In this document: positions 18,514-27,143 of the stretch, piece after piece
Numbering within the stretch: position 1 is the stretch's first letter
Layout: the number at the start of each line of letters is the position of its first letter
From: Candidatus Hadarchaeota archaeon
GTDB taxonomy: Archaea > CAYQAE01 > CAYVLA01
Assembly (NCBI GenBank): GCA_964621445.1
Contig: CAZUNO010000031.1
Location: forward strand, 1-29,142
Length of the DNA: 29,142 nucleotides
Direction: 5' to 3'
Translations under genes and position numbers: made by a program
Notes under the pieces: model-generated
Told to the model about the DNA's origin: nothing
Databases searched by the model: none
Seen by the model: the letters and a program-made list of their open reading frames with translations, nothing else

Positions 18514-19290
18514 TTGTCATCTCAACATCCGGTTGCCACCATACTGGCCCTAAATCTCCTGCTTTTCCTGGAGGCGCCGGGAATATGGGGAGAGGATCTA
18601 GGGGTGGAGAGCCTGCAAGCCCTTCTCTATTTCGCGTCGGGCTCCATCCAGCTATGGCTGGTATTCCGCCGTGCGGATGGGGGAACCTACGGGAGGCACC
18701 TTCACTTTTTCCTGTTTATTCTCTTCCTGGTTATAGCTATGGAGGAGATAAGCTGGGGTCAGAGACTATTCAACTGGGAAACCCCGCCCTTCCTGAGCGA
18801 TCTGAACCTACAGGGCGAGACCAATATTCACAATATCCACGGATCGGTATTCAACTGGGTCGTTACCCTATTCGTCTTTGCCTTCTGTTACCTGGTCCCC
18901 ATATCCAGAATCATGTCTTCCAGGGCCCGATGGTTTATGGAGGAGATTGGACTACCGGTTGTTGGGATAGAGCTGGTTCCAGTGTTCATGATTGCAGATA
19001 TATTTCGCCCCCTAGATCTGGGGAACCTGGACGCCCAGTTGACCGTCCTGGCATCATTGGTGCCCCTTGGACTCTACCTGACGGGGGCCGCGCCCCAGCT
19101 CTTCCGCCGCCTGAAGTCACCCAGATTGCATGTACTATCTATCCTTGTGGTGGGCGCCCTTGCAGTCCTGGTCTCGGTTATAGGATCGGATGTTCCGAGC
19201 CTATGGCTATGGGAATCAAGAGAGCTGCTCTTCGGGGTAGGTTTTCTTTCCTACTCGGCATATTATGCCCTTACCATGGAGGCTAGATGA
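18514..19290 (+). CDS. Multi-pass membrane protein with an EEISWGQR...N.QGETNIHN motif, function unknown
   Basis: About 7-8 hydrophobic segments and the polar motif MEEISWGQRLFNWETPPFLSDLNLQGETNIHNI. TTG start is uncertain. Confidence 0.75.
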   Translation: MSSQHPVATILALNLLLFLEAPGIWGEDLGVESLQALLYFASGSIQLWLVFRRADGGTYGRHLHFFLFILFLVIAMEEISWGQRLFNWETPPFLSDLNLQGETNIHNIHGSVFNWVVTLFVFAFCYLVPISRIMSSRARWFMEEIGLPVVGIELVPVFMIADIFRPLDLGNLDAQLTVLASLVPLGLYLTGAAPQLFRRLKSPRLHVLSILVVGALAVLVSVIGSDVPSLWLWESRELLFGVGFLSYSAYYALTMEAR

Positions 19291-19311
19291 GAGAAGAGTG
19301 TTCCGGGCCTC

Positions 19312-20439
19312 CTATGGAGAAATGGTGCGGAGCCATCCCTCGATCGTGAATTCCGGGAACCCGATCTCATCTTCATCCAGCACGGAGAGCTTGTCCCGGG
19401 GTATAAGAGATAGGTCCAGGTCGGGTAGAATCGCTCCTCGATAATGGAGTTGAGTACCGTATAGGTCCTCCAATATCACCCCATGTCGGTCACACCACTG
19501 GCCGAAGTTAAGCTCGGGTAGGGATTTTATCTCCCCTTTTTCCATCTGGAGTGGTCCCAGGTAATTCTCCGAGAAAAGCAATGCCTCCCTGTAACCATGG
19601 TAGGGGCGATGGCCCCCAGACGGGCAGAACCAGGCCCTTAGGTTGTCATGTGCGGGGTCAACCGATGAAAGGTTGGAGACGGTGTCCCTCCAGACCCGGC
19701 CACTTCCATCCCTGTCGATGACCACATCGGAATCCCCGTTCATGACCAGAAGGTGGGAGTGGCCACCTAGCTCCAGGAACTCCTTCCACTTGCATACTGC
19801 CCGGAGCTTGAGGTTAGGTATCCGTGTGCAGTGCTTCCCGTTGTGACATAGAAAATCGGAGAAGGCCCACCCCGATACAATTACCGTTCGTAAGCGGGGT
19901 TCCAGGGCATATAACCACCCGGCGATTGCCCCGCCCAGTGAGTTCCCAATCACCCCCAGGCGTATGTCATCGATCCAGTGAAGGGTCTTTAGAAAGTCTA
20001 AACACCGCATGGTATCGAAGACGATTTTACCCATAACCGGGCGCCCGGCCATTTCGGAGCGATAGGAAACCTCCTGTGAATCGTGTGCGCGCGTGCCGAC
20101 TTTTCCCGAGGAATTCCTTTCCTCCTCCCCCAGAGGATCGGCCACCAGGCAGGCAATTCCCAGCCGGGCGTAGGTCCGGGCCAGGTAGGACATGTGGGGT
20201 ATTCCCTTGCTGTCACCATGTCCGCAGGTTTGAACCACGGCCGGGATCCTACCATCAACATCCTTTGGCCTGTAGAGATTGAGAGGTATCCGGGAGCCGG
20301 GCTCGGAGTCAATGATCCATTTCTCGATCACAGTTCCGTCCACCCTGAGGTTCCCTCTGCTTACGGGTGACGGGTCATGTTTTTCCTGGGGAATGCCCAA
20401 TAGCCGGTTCAGGGTGGTTCGGAGATGGGAGCGATTCAT
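19312..20439 (-). CDS. Alpha/beta hydrolase (acetylxylan-esterase / dienelactone-hydrolase-like)
   Basis: IPLNLYRP, PAVVQTCGHG, DPLGEEER, DTMRCLDFL, nucleophile elbow GNSLGG, NGDSD, GGHRPY. Start placed at ATG 20439 after GGGGTGTGG. Confidence 0.85.
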   Translation of the reverse strand: MNRSHLRTTLNRLLGIPQEKHDPSPVSRGNLRVDGTVIEKWIIDSEPGSRIPLNLYRPKDVDGRIPAVVQTCGHGDSKGIPHMSYLARTYARLGIACLVADPLGEEERNSSGKVGTRAHDSQEVSYRSEMAGRPVMGKIVFDTMRCLDFLKTLHWIDDIRLGVIGNSLGGAIAGWLYALEPRLRTVIVSGWAFSDFLCHNGKHCTRIPNLKLRAVCKWKEFLELGGHSHLLVMNGDSDVVIDRDGSGRVWRDTVSNLSSVDPAHDNLRAWFCPSGGHRPYHGYREALLFSENYLGPLQMEKGEIKSLPELNFGQWCDRHGVILEDLYGTQLHYRGAILPDLDLSLIPRDKLSVLDEDEIGFPEFTIEGWLRTISP

Positions 20440-20684
20440 AACCACACCCCTGAAGAAGCTCAAACCCTTAATTCTTTATCTTATTCCGGTGTCATGGCAG
20501 CGAAACTACTTGAAAGGTTCCAAGAGCTTTCCACCTGTCGCGCCGACCATTAGCATTTCCCTGGATCCCGTTCCTGGGCGGGGCAACTGTTTTTCCGAGA
20601 GGACGACGGAACCTTCTCGGGGCCTGAGGTTCCATCCGCGAATCCCGCGTTACCCCGGATTTTACGTAAGGCCCCTATACATCA

Positions 20685-21905
20685 TTACTCGCTCCGTAGC
20701 TTGGATGTACCGACTTCCCTATACAGCCTTCGCCTTACCATCAAGGTCCACAGGACGAATCCGGAGATCATGAAGGTGGCTATGAGCGAGAACCACTCGA
20801 TCATATATACCCAGGCCAAGGCCCGGTCCTTGGCACTCGAGGCAGCCTCTCGGATGGCCATCTGTTCCTCTCTTCCCCGGTCCAGATCCTCGAGAGCCCC
20901 ATCCATGTCGGCCTGGAGATAGTCCTCATAGGCATCATCCATCACCGTATCCAGATCCTCGATCCGGTTACGTAGATCTACCGTATTTCCACCAAAGTTC
21001 TCGACCCATGATACGAGTGAGTCAAGCATTCGGTTTCTCTCCCTGAAGGAGATGAAGGTGTTCATCACTATCTGAAAGAGATCAGGGTCCCTGGGCAGTT
21101 CCTTCTCGGAGATCCTGTAGACCAGATACATCATGGCCTGGGGGAAGTATTGCCAGTTCCGGGCCCATATTGGGACCCCTGCCGGGAACTTGCTGGCGAA
21201 TTTAAGGGCGGCTCCCTGGCCAAGATTCCAGTAGCTCATCAATGGATAGGCCTCTGGCCGGTCCACCCTGGCCCATACATGCCCCCTTTCTTGGCCTGCT
21301 GGAGATTGATGTTGTCCACCGGAGGTGCCTGCGACCAGGGCAGGGACTCCATAATGGGCTCATCCTCGTCGGTGACGGTGAGCCACAATACCCCTGAGGT
21401 TATGTACTTGTTCCCAAACTGGGCCTCGACCTGCTTGACGGGAAGAACTCCCGCCACGTTGGTGTCCTCCCAGGTTTCAAACCTCGCATCGGCGATATTT
21501 CCCAACCAAAACATGCCCATCCCTCCCTGGGGAACCGAGTCGGCCAGCCAGATAACCCACCGGGTTTCAAATACCGAGCGATCGGAGTCGCTCATCAATA
21601 TGATATCATAGTCGTCGATCAATTTCCGGTAAGTCCTGGGCATGTAGATTCTCATGTTTCTGACCGCGTCCTCCCGGCCTCCCAGATAATCGGCCCTTGA
21701 GGGTACGTAGGTCGGTTCTATTGCCGGATCTTCATCAATCACTGTGAAGATGTTGTATCCCACGTACTGGTCGGTTATATCACCGAAACATAAGATCCTT
21801 ATCCGGCCCCCGGGGCCCCATCCGTTGGGCCATAACCGGTGAGAAGGAGATGATGGCCATGGAGATGATAATCAACATAATGAGGTTAGCACCGGACGGC
21901 TTCAT
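20685..21905 (-). pseudogene. Paralog of the 16253-17452 exported membrane-anchored protein, split in three by two frameshifts
   Basis: ATG 21905 gives the signal peptide MKPSGANLIMLIIISMAIISFSPVMAQ. The frame shifts at the C5G4C4 run (21807-21819) into GRIRILCFGDITDQYVGYNIF...RIYMPRTY (ORF 21239..21763), then again at the C5 run (21282-21286) into HVWARVDRPEAYPLMSYW...AKDRALAWVYMIEW...GFVLWTLMVRRRLY (ORF 20685..21266). The pieces are collinear with the intact paralog. Confidence 0.8.
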
Positions 21906-22028
21906 GGAGGATCAATGTGGGCCGTTTTTTGAATATCCTCCTAGGCTCGATTTTCTTCCAGACAATGTCACGGGGATTCAAGCATCCATGGCAAGATACA
22001 AAAGGATCGGAATGCGCTCTGGGAGGGG

Positions 22029-23405
22029 ATGAATAGGATGGCAGAGAAGGAAAGTCCAAATATCGTATTCATAATGACCGATGACCAGGCCCCCTGGGCG
22101 TTTAAGGCGGGCGGTAATCCCAACTTTAGAACCCCGAATCTTGATCGTCTGTGTAGTCAAGGAGCCATGTTCTCCAACATGTTCGGGGTCTCGGCGGTGT
22201 GTAGCCCCTGCCGGGCCAGCTTGATAACCAGCCGCTATACCAGTGAACTGGGTATTCCGGATTATATACCCAGAAGGGATAAGGAAACCGGGCTAGAACC
22301 AGGTACCAACACATGGCCCGGTGTTTTATCCGACTGGGGCTACAGGACGGCCCTGGTTGGGAAGTGGCACCTTGGGGGCGGTGACCTCCATCATCCCACC
22401 AATTTTGGATATGATGAGTTCGTTGGTTTTAGGCACGGAGCCGGGATCTCAAAGGACCCTGTGGTGGAGGTCGAGGGAAGTGATAAGGAGATGGAGGGTT
22501 ACACTCCGGACATACTTACCGACTTTGCGGTGGACTTCATCGATCGTCCGGACGATGAGCCATTTCTGCTGTCCCTCCACTACTGGTCGCCCCATGCCAA
22601 TACCAAGAACCGAACCCCGGACGGCGACCGCACCTGGCTTCCGCTGCGGGATGAGGATTGGGCGCCCTTCAGGAACATGGAACCAGTGCTCCCGAACCGG
22701 GATTACCCGAAACTGGACATTCCCAGGCTGGTTAGGATGACCAGGGAATACTGCGGTAGCGTGGCCGCCGTGGACCGCAACCTGGGTAGGCTGATGGATA
22801 CCCTGTACGAGCTCGGTTTGCAGGCGAACACTGTGGTGGTTTTCACCTCCGACAACGGCTACAACATGGGGCATAACGGCATCTGGCACAAGGGCAATGG
22901 GAGATGGATTCTCACTGATAACCAGGGGGATCGTCCTAATCTCTATGATAACTCGCTCCGGCTCCCAGCCATCGTGCGGTGGCCGGCAAGGATTAAGCCG
23001 GGGACTATAATAGAGGAAACGGTGTCCCACCTGGATTGGTTCCCGACCATGTTGGACATGGCGGGGTGTGAATACGAGGGTCAAGAGATTCGTGGCACGA
23101 GTCTCGTACCATTGTTGGAGGGACGGGATGTAAACTGGGATAATGACCTCTTCGCCCAGTACTCCATGTGGGAATGGAACCAAACCGGGGCCAAGCTCCG
23201 TGCATACCGATCCGGTGGGTGGAAACTGGTCCGGGATTTCGCGGGAACCGTTTCCGATGAGCTATACAATCTAAATGAGGACCCCGAGGAAAGTCACAAC
23301 CTCATCAACTCCGATGATCCACAGGCCCAGAGGATGAGGAGATCACTGTCAAGATCGATGAGGGCTCGCATGGACGAGGTGGGGGATGAGCTAGGTCTGG
23401 ACTGA
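22029..23405 (+). CDS. Formylglycine-dependent (Cys-type) sulfatase, family S1
   Basis: PNIVFIMTDDQ, RTPNLDRL, CSPCRASLIT (CxPxR), GYRTALVGKWHLG, SPH, TSDNG, HKG, ELYNLNEDPEESHNL. No signal peptide; start may be ATG 22038. Confidence 0.95.
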   Translation: MNRMAEKESPNIVFIMTDDQAPWAFKAGGNPNFRTPNLDRLCSQGAMFSNMFGVSAVCSPCRASLITSRYTSELGIPDYIPRRDKETGLEPGTNTWPGVLSDWGYRTALVGKWHLGGGDLHHPTNFGYDEFVGFRHGAGISKDPVVEVEGSDKEMEGYTPDILTDFAVDFIDRPDDEPFLLSLHYWSPHANTKNRTPDGDRTWLPLRDEDWAPFRNMEPVLPNRDYPKLDIPRLVRMTREYCGSVAAVDRNLGRLMDTLYELGLQANTVVVFTSDNGYNMGHNGIWHKGNGRWILTDNQGDRPNLYDNSLRLPAIVRWPARIKPGTIIEETVSHLDWFPTMLDMAGCEYEGQEIRGTSLVPLLEGRDVNWDNDLFAQYSMWEWNQTGAKLRAYRSGGWKLVRDFAGTVSDELYNLNEDPEESHNLINSDDPQAQRMRRSLSRSMRARMDEVGDELGLD

Positions 23406-23480
23406 GAGCCTTGCAGGTCGGGAATCAAATAAATAGCCAGGACGCGTATATACCATCTTGAATTAGGGGGCAACCACGGG

Positions 23481-24782
23481 ATGGGATGTAGGGACCTGGG
23501 TAATCACCGCGCGAAGGAGGACCCCGAGGCAGTGCAGGAAGTGCTCTCCGGGGATAGAAAGGTTGCTAATGCAGCCTGGTGGGGTTTCAATGAGATCGAT
23601 TCCACCGATTCCATTCAAAACGCCATTGCATCCGGAGCCAGGAGAGTGGTAATTCCCGACATGAATAGGGAGTGGATCGTACGACCCATTGATCTAGTGG
23701 GAGACATGGAGTTGGTCCTGGAGCCAGGAACGGTGATCACCGCCAAGAGAGGGGAGTTTCGAGGGTCAGGAGACAAGGTGTTCAGGGCCCGGGACATATC
23801 CAATCTGAGCATACGTGGATACGGGGCCACCATCCGGATGCAGAAGGAGGACTACATAGTAGGCAAGGTGCTGGTTGACCTCGGCTGGGATCGGTGGTTT
23901 GGAACCTATGAAAAGGCCGAGTGGCGCACACCGCTTTCCCTGGAGGGCTGCAGCAACGTGAAGGTGAACGGGCTCAAGCTCTGTGACAGCGGTGGCGACG
24001 GGATATACATAGATGGGGGCGATAAGCTCGATTGGTCCAGGAATATCAGTATCCAGGACGTGACCTGTGATAATAACTATCGCCAGGGCATGAGCGTGAT
24101 AAGCGTTAATGGACTGGATGTTAAGAACAGCACCTTCTCCAACACCTGGGGAACCCCTCCTTCAGCCGGGGTGGATATCGAGCCCGATTCATCGGATGAG
24201 AGGATCCAAAACGTGGTTTTCAGGGACTGTAGCTTCCGTGACAACTATGGAGATGGGATCGAGGTTTTCCTATCCAACCTCAGAAAGGATTCGGGAGAGG
24301 TATCGATCCTATTCGAGAGATGCAGGGTCACCAGCAAGAGAGGTTCCGGCATCAGAGTCACCAAGGTGCCGGACAACGGTCCGGACGGGAAAATAGAGTT
24401 CAGGGACTGCGTTATAGAGAATACCCAGGGATACGGGATCAAGGTTCAGGACAAGTCAGCTGATAGGGCCAGAGTAAGATTCGTTAGATGTAAGGTGAGG
24501 GATGCGGCCAGAAATCCAGCCTACAAGGGTGCCTGGAGCCCTATCTGGCTCGACCTTTTCAGAACCCAGCAGACGACGCGGTTCGGGGGCATTGACTTTG
24601 TCGACTGCCGGGTTGAGGACGACTACCGACGTCCGGTGGTCAGGATGACGGAGAGCGAGAGCGATCTGGGTTTACGGGACGTTACCGGTACGTTGAATGT
24701 CCTAAACCCGTGTGGCGTGGAGGAGTCGCTTGGCAGCAAACGAGAGGAGGTCGACCTGAATCTCCGGGAAGTCAAATGGTAA
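23481..24782 (+). CDS. Right-handed parallel beta-helix (pectin-lyase-like) protein
   Basis: DSTDSIQNAI N-terminal helix motif, then beta-helix coils SGGDGIYI, NNYRQGMSVISVNGL, PSAGVDIEPD, DNYGDGIEV, NTQGYGIKV. Confidence 0.85.
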   Translation: MGCRDLGNHRAKEDPEAVQEVLSGDRKVANAAWWGFNEIDSTDSIQNAIASGARRVVIPDMNREWIVRPIDLVGDMELVLEPGTVITAKRGEFRGSGDKVFRARDISNLSIRGYGATIRMQKEDYIVGKVLVDLGWDRWFGTYEKAEWRTPLSLEGCSNVKVNGLKLCDSGGDGIYIDGGDKLDWSRNISIQDVTCDNNYRQGMSVISVNGLDVKNSTFSNTWGTPPSAGVDIEPDSSDERIQNVVFRDCSFRDNYGDGIEVFLSNLRKDSGEVSILFERCRVTSKRGSGIRVTKVPDNGPDGKIEFRDCVIENTQGYGIKVQDKSADRARVRFVRCKVRDAARNPAYKGAWSPIWLDLFRTQQTTRFGGIDFVDCRVEDDYRRPVVRMTESESDLGLRDVTGTLNVLNPCGVEESLGSKREEVDLNLREVKW

Positions 24783-24794
24783 TTAATTGGGCTT

Positions 24795-27101
24795 TCAGAT
24801 CTCTCCCCTGATATGTTCAACCGAGAGTCTTCTGAATGCGATATTTCCTCCCCCGTATATGCAGGTTAGGGAGATCCCCTCCGGGCTGGGGGTAAGGGCT
24901 GGGTTTGAGAAGACAACCTCTTTACCCGGTCTATTTCCCCGATCCTGAATCCGGTATCTGTGGGGCCAGCTCTTTCCGTTATCCTCGGAAAGGGCAAGTA
25001 CCAGTGAAACTCTGCCTGATTCCCCTTCCATCCGGGTAGACGGATAATGGCCGAGCACCAATTGGCCGCCGTTCATTTTCGTGAGGTCCATGTAGGGCTC
25101 TTCGCCCTTAAGCTCCGTGATTTGGGCCCGACTCCAGGTACGTCCTGAGTCGTGGGAGTCACTTCTGTAAACCGGACTAGAGCCCGTACAGACAAGCATG
25201 TGCATTTTTCCGGGTTCCGATTCCCAAATGACCGGCCTTATCTTATCCCCTGACGGTATGTCGTCCAGAGAAATATCATGGGCAATTTGCCAGGAGTCTC
25301 CCTTGTCCTTGGATAGGGCAAACGAGATGTGTTGGGTTTGGCCATCTATCCTGGAGATGGGGATCAGCCATTCATCACCGTGGGAGGCCACGACCTGGTG
25401 GAAATCGCCTCCCGGATAATCCTCCTGGGATAATATGTCCCGGGCGGGGGACCAGGAGCGTCCCCCATCCTGGGAGACCTGTAAACGGGCATGTGAGCCT
25501 TGGCCGCTCTCAATTACTCTGTAGAAGAGATATATTCCTCCATGATCGTCAGAATGTAGGACCGGATTTCGATACTCTACCTGGTGATCGGCCAGGGTCC
25601 TGGTAGGCGAGCTCCATTGCTCCTCTGCCCTTCTGGCAGTCCATATCCCGGTTCGAGTCCCGGGGTCCTTTCGACCCGACCAGGCCACCAGGGTTTCCCC
25701 ATTCTCTAGCTCAATGTGCGTGCTTTCATAACAGGATTCGAGGTTTAGATCATCCATAACCAATTCGCTTACCTTTCTCTTCTGGCGTCTATGTTCTCTA
25801 TAAGGCGTGGTGTCCAGAACCTGGCCCAGTTTCCGGATGGCTCCCTGGACCTTTCGTGGATCGACCTGGGATACATCCATCCCAACCTTGGCCGCAATGC
25901 CGCAGACCGTTCCAGCCGCAAGCCCGGTCTGGGCACAGGTGGTCATGACCCGGAAGGATGCCATTGCCATCTGATCCCCGGACACGCATCGGCCGGCAAC
26001 CGCGATGTTTTTGCCACCTTTGGGAATTAGGGATCTCAACGGTATCTGGTAGGGTGGTACGACTGGCGTTACCCCGGTGCCTGCTCTCTGGAGTATGTGA
26101 GGCCAGTGATAATCGATCTGGTAGGTGCCCACGGCCACTGCGTCGGCGAACCTCCTCCCTTTTCTGACGTCGTCCTCGCTCATGACATATTCGCCCACTA
26201 TCCTTCTGCCCTCTCTCACCCCCAGGCCAGGAGAGACATGGCTGATCTCATATGTATCGTACTTCTCTCTCCTGTAACCCTTGGTCTGCAGGTAGTAAGC
26301 CAGGGCCGTCATGTGTCTTCTGGCCCTTATCTCGGCCCGTGAGTAGCTATTGCCATCGGTGGAGTCCCCGCCGATCACCTTCATCTTGACGAACACGGAG
26401 TAAGGGTTCGTCCTTTTCACGGAGGTCATGGGTAGATCTTCGTCGTTCTCCCATTGGGGACAACCGGGTGGTAGAACGGTGTTGACCTTTTCCCCCACGT
26501 CCTCCATCCAAAAGCAGAGGCTCATGGGGAGCTGTAGGTTCATGTCTTCCTCAACCGTACCGTCGGGGTTGTGTGGCTTGCCTCCTTTAACCGTAGGGAA
26601 ACCGGCCATCGCTGCAAGGTCACCGTCTCCTGTGCAGTCCACCAGGCACTTGGCCTTGATTCTCTGGAGTCCGCTCTTGTTGAAAATTAATAATTCCTGG
26701 ACCTCGCCCTTATGGCTGGTCGCGTCCACCAGACAGGTGTGAAACAGCAGATCCACGCCGCTGGTCAGGACCTTCTCCTGGAGAAGGAAGGCCAGAATCT
26801 CTCCCTTGAACCAGGTACCGCCGCTTGTCGGTTTGTATGGCCCCAGGGCTCCGAAGCGCCTAAGCCCTTCCAGTATTTGCTGGAAGGGGGTGTTTACCCG
26901 CTTTATATCCCCGCAGAAGCCTCTTTCGCCGGTAAGGGTTCCCTGACCTCCGAGTCTTGAGCTCTGTTCAATCAGCAGTACATTCTCCGTGTGCTTAGAG
27001 GCTCCCAAAGCGGCAAATACACCTGCCATGCCGCCGCCCACGACAACTACGTCGTAATCTGGCACGGCTTCCTTTCCGTCCTTATGGGGTTGAGTTTTCA
27101 T
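24795..27101 (-). CDS. FAD-dependent oxidoreductase (FAD_oxidored-type) fused to a C-terminal BNR/Asp-box sialidase-like beta-propeller
   Basis: N-terminal part: DVVVVGGGMAG, LGGQGT, DCTGDGDLAAMAG, GVREGRRIVGEY, YQIPLRSLIPK, VAGRCVS, ASFRVM. C-terminal ~320 aa: four Asp boxes SQDGGRSW, SKDKGDSW, SHDSGRTW, SEDNGKSW. Confidence 0.9.
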   Translation of the reverse strand: MKTQPHKDGKEAVPDYDVVVVGGGMAGVFAALGASKHTENVLLIEQSSRLGGQGTLTGERGFCGDIKRVNTPFQQILEGLRRFGALGPYKPTSGGTWFKGEILAFLLQEKVLTSGVDLLFHTCLVDATSHKGEVQELLIFNKSGLQRIKAKCLVDCTGDGDLAAMAGFPTVKGGKPHNPDGTVEEDMNLQLPMSLCFWMEDVGEKVNTVLPPGCPQWENDEDLPMTSVKRTNPYSVFVKMKVIGGDSTDGNSYSRAEIRARRHMTALAYYLQTKGYRREKYDTYEISHVSPGLGVREGRRIVGEYVMSEDDVRKGRRFADAVAVGTYQIDYHWPHILQRAGTGVTPVVPPYQIPLRSLIPKGGKNIAVAGRCVSGDQMAMASFRVMTTCAQTGLAAGTVCGIAAKVGMDVSQVDPRKVQGAIRKLGQVLDTTPYREHRRQKRKVSELVMDDLNLESCYESTHIELENGETLVAWSGRKDPGTRTGIWTARRAEEQWSSPTRTLADHQVEYRNPVLHSDDHGGIYLFYRVIESGQGSHARLQVSQDGGRSWSPARDILSQEDYPGGDFHQVVASHGDEWLIPISRIDGQTQHISFALSKDKGDSWQIAHDISLDDIPSGDKIRPVIWESEPGKMHMLVCTGSSPVYRSDSHDSGRTWSRAQITELKGEEPYMDLTKMNGGQLVLGHYPSTRMEGESGRVSLVLALSEDNGKSWPHRYRIQDRGNRPGKEVVFSNPALTPSPEGISLTCIYGGGNIAFRRLSVEHIRGEI

Positions 27102-27143
27102 AGGAAAATCGGCTAACTACCTACTGAAAATGGTTTGCCAATC

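Noticed and set aside
21282-21295. Programmed -1 ribosomal frameshift at AAG AAA GGG GGC
   Set aside because: It is not an in-frame X XXY YYZ heptamer, and a second shift upstream would also be needed; indel or sequencing error is simpler.
22449-23183. 244-aa antisense ORF in the sulfatase, and similar ORFs at 2595-2945, 10379-10915, 14231-14731 and 18585-19286
   Set aside because: They overlap well-supported genes in antisense or shifted frames and show no recognisable motifs.
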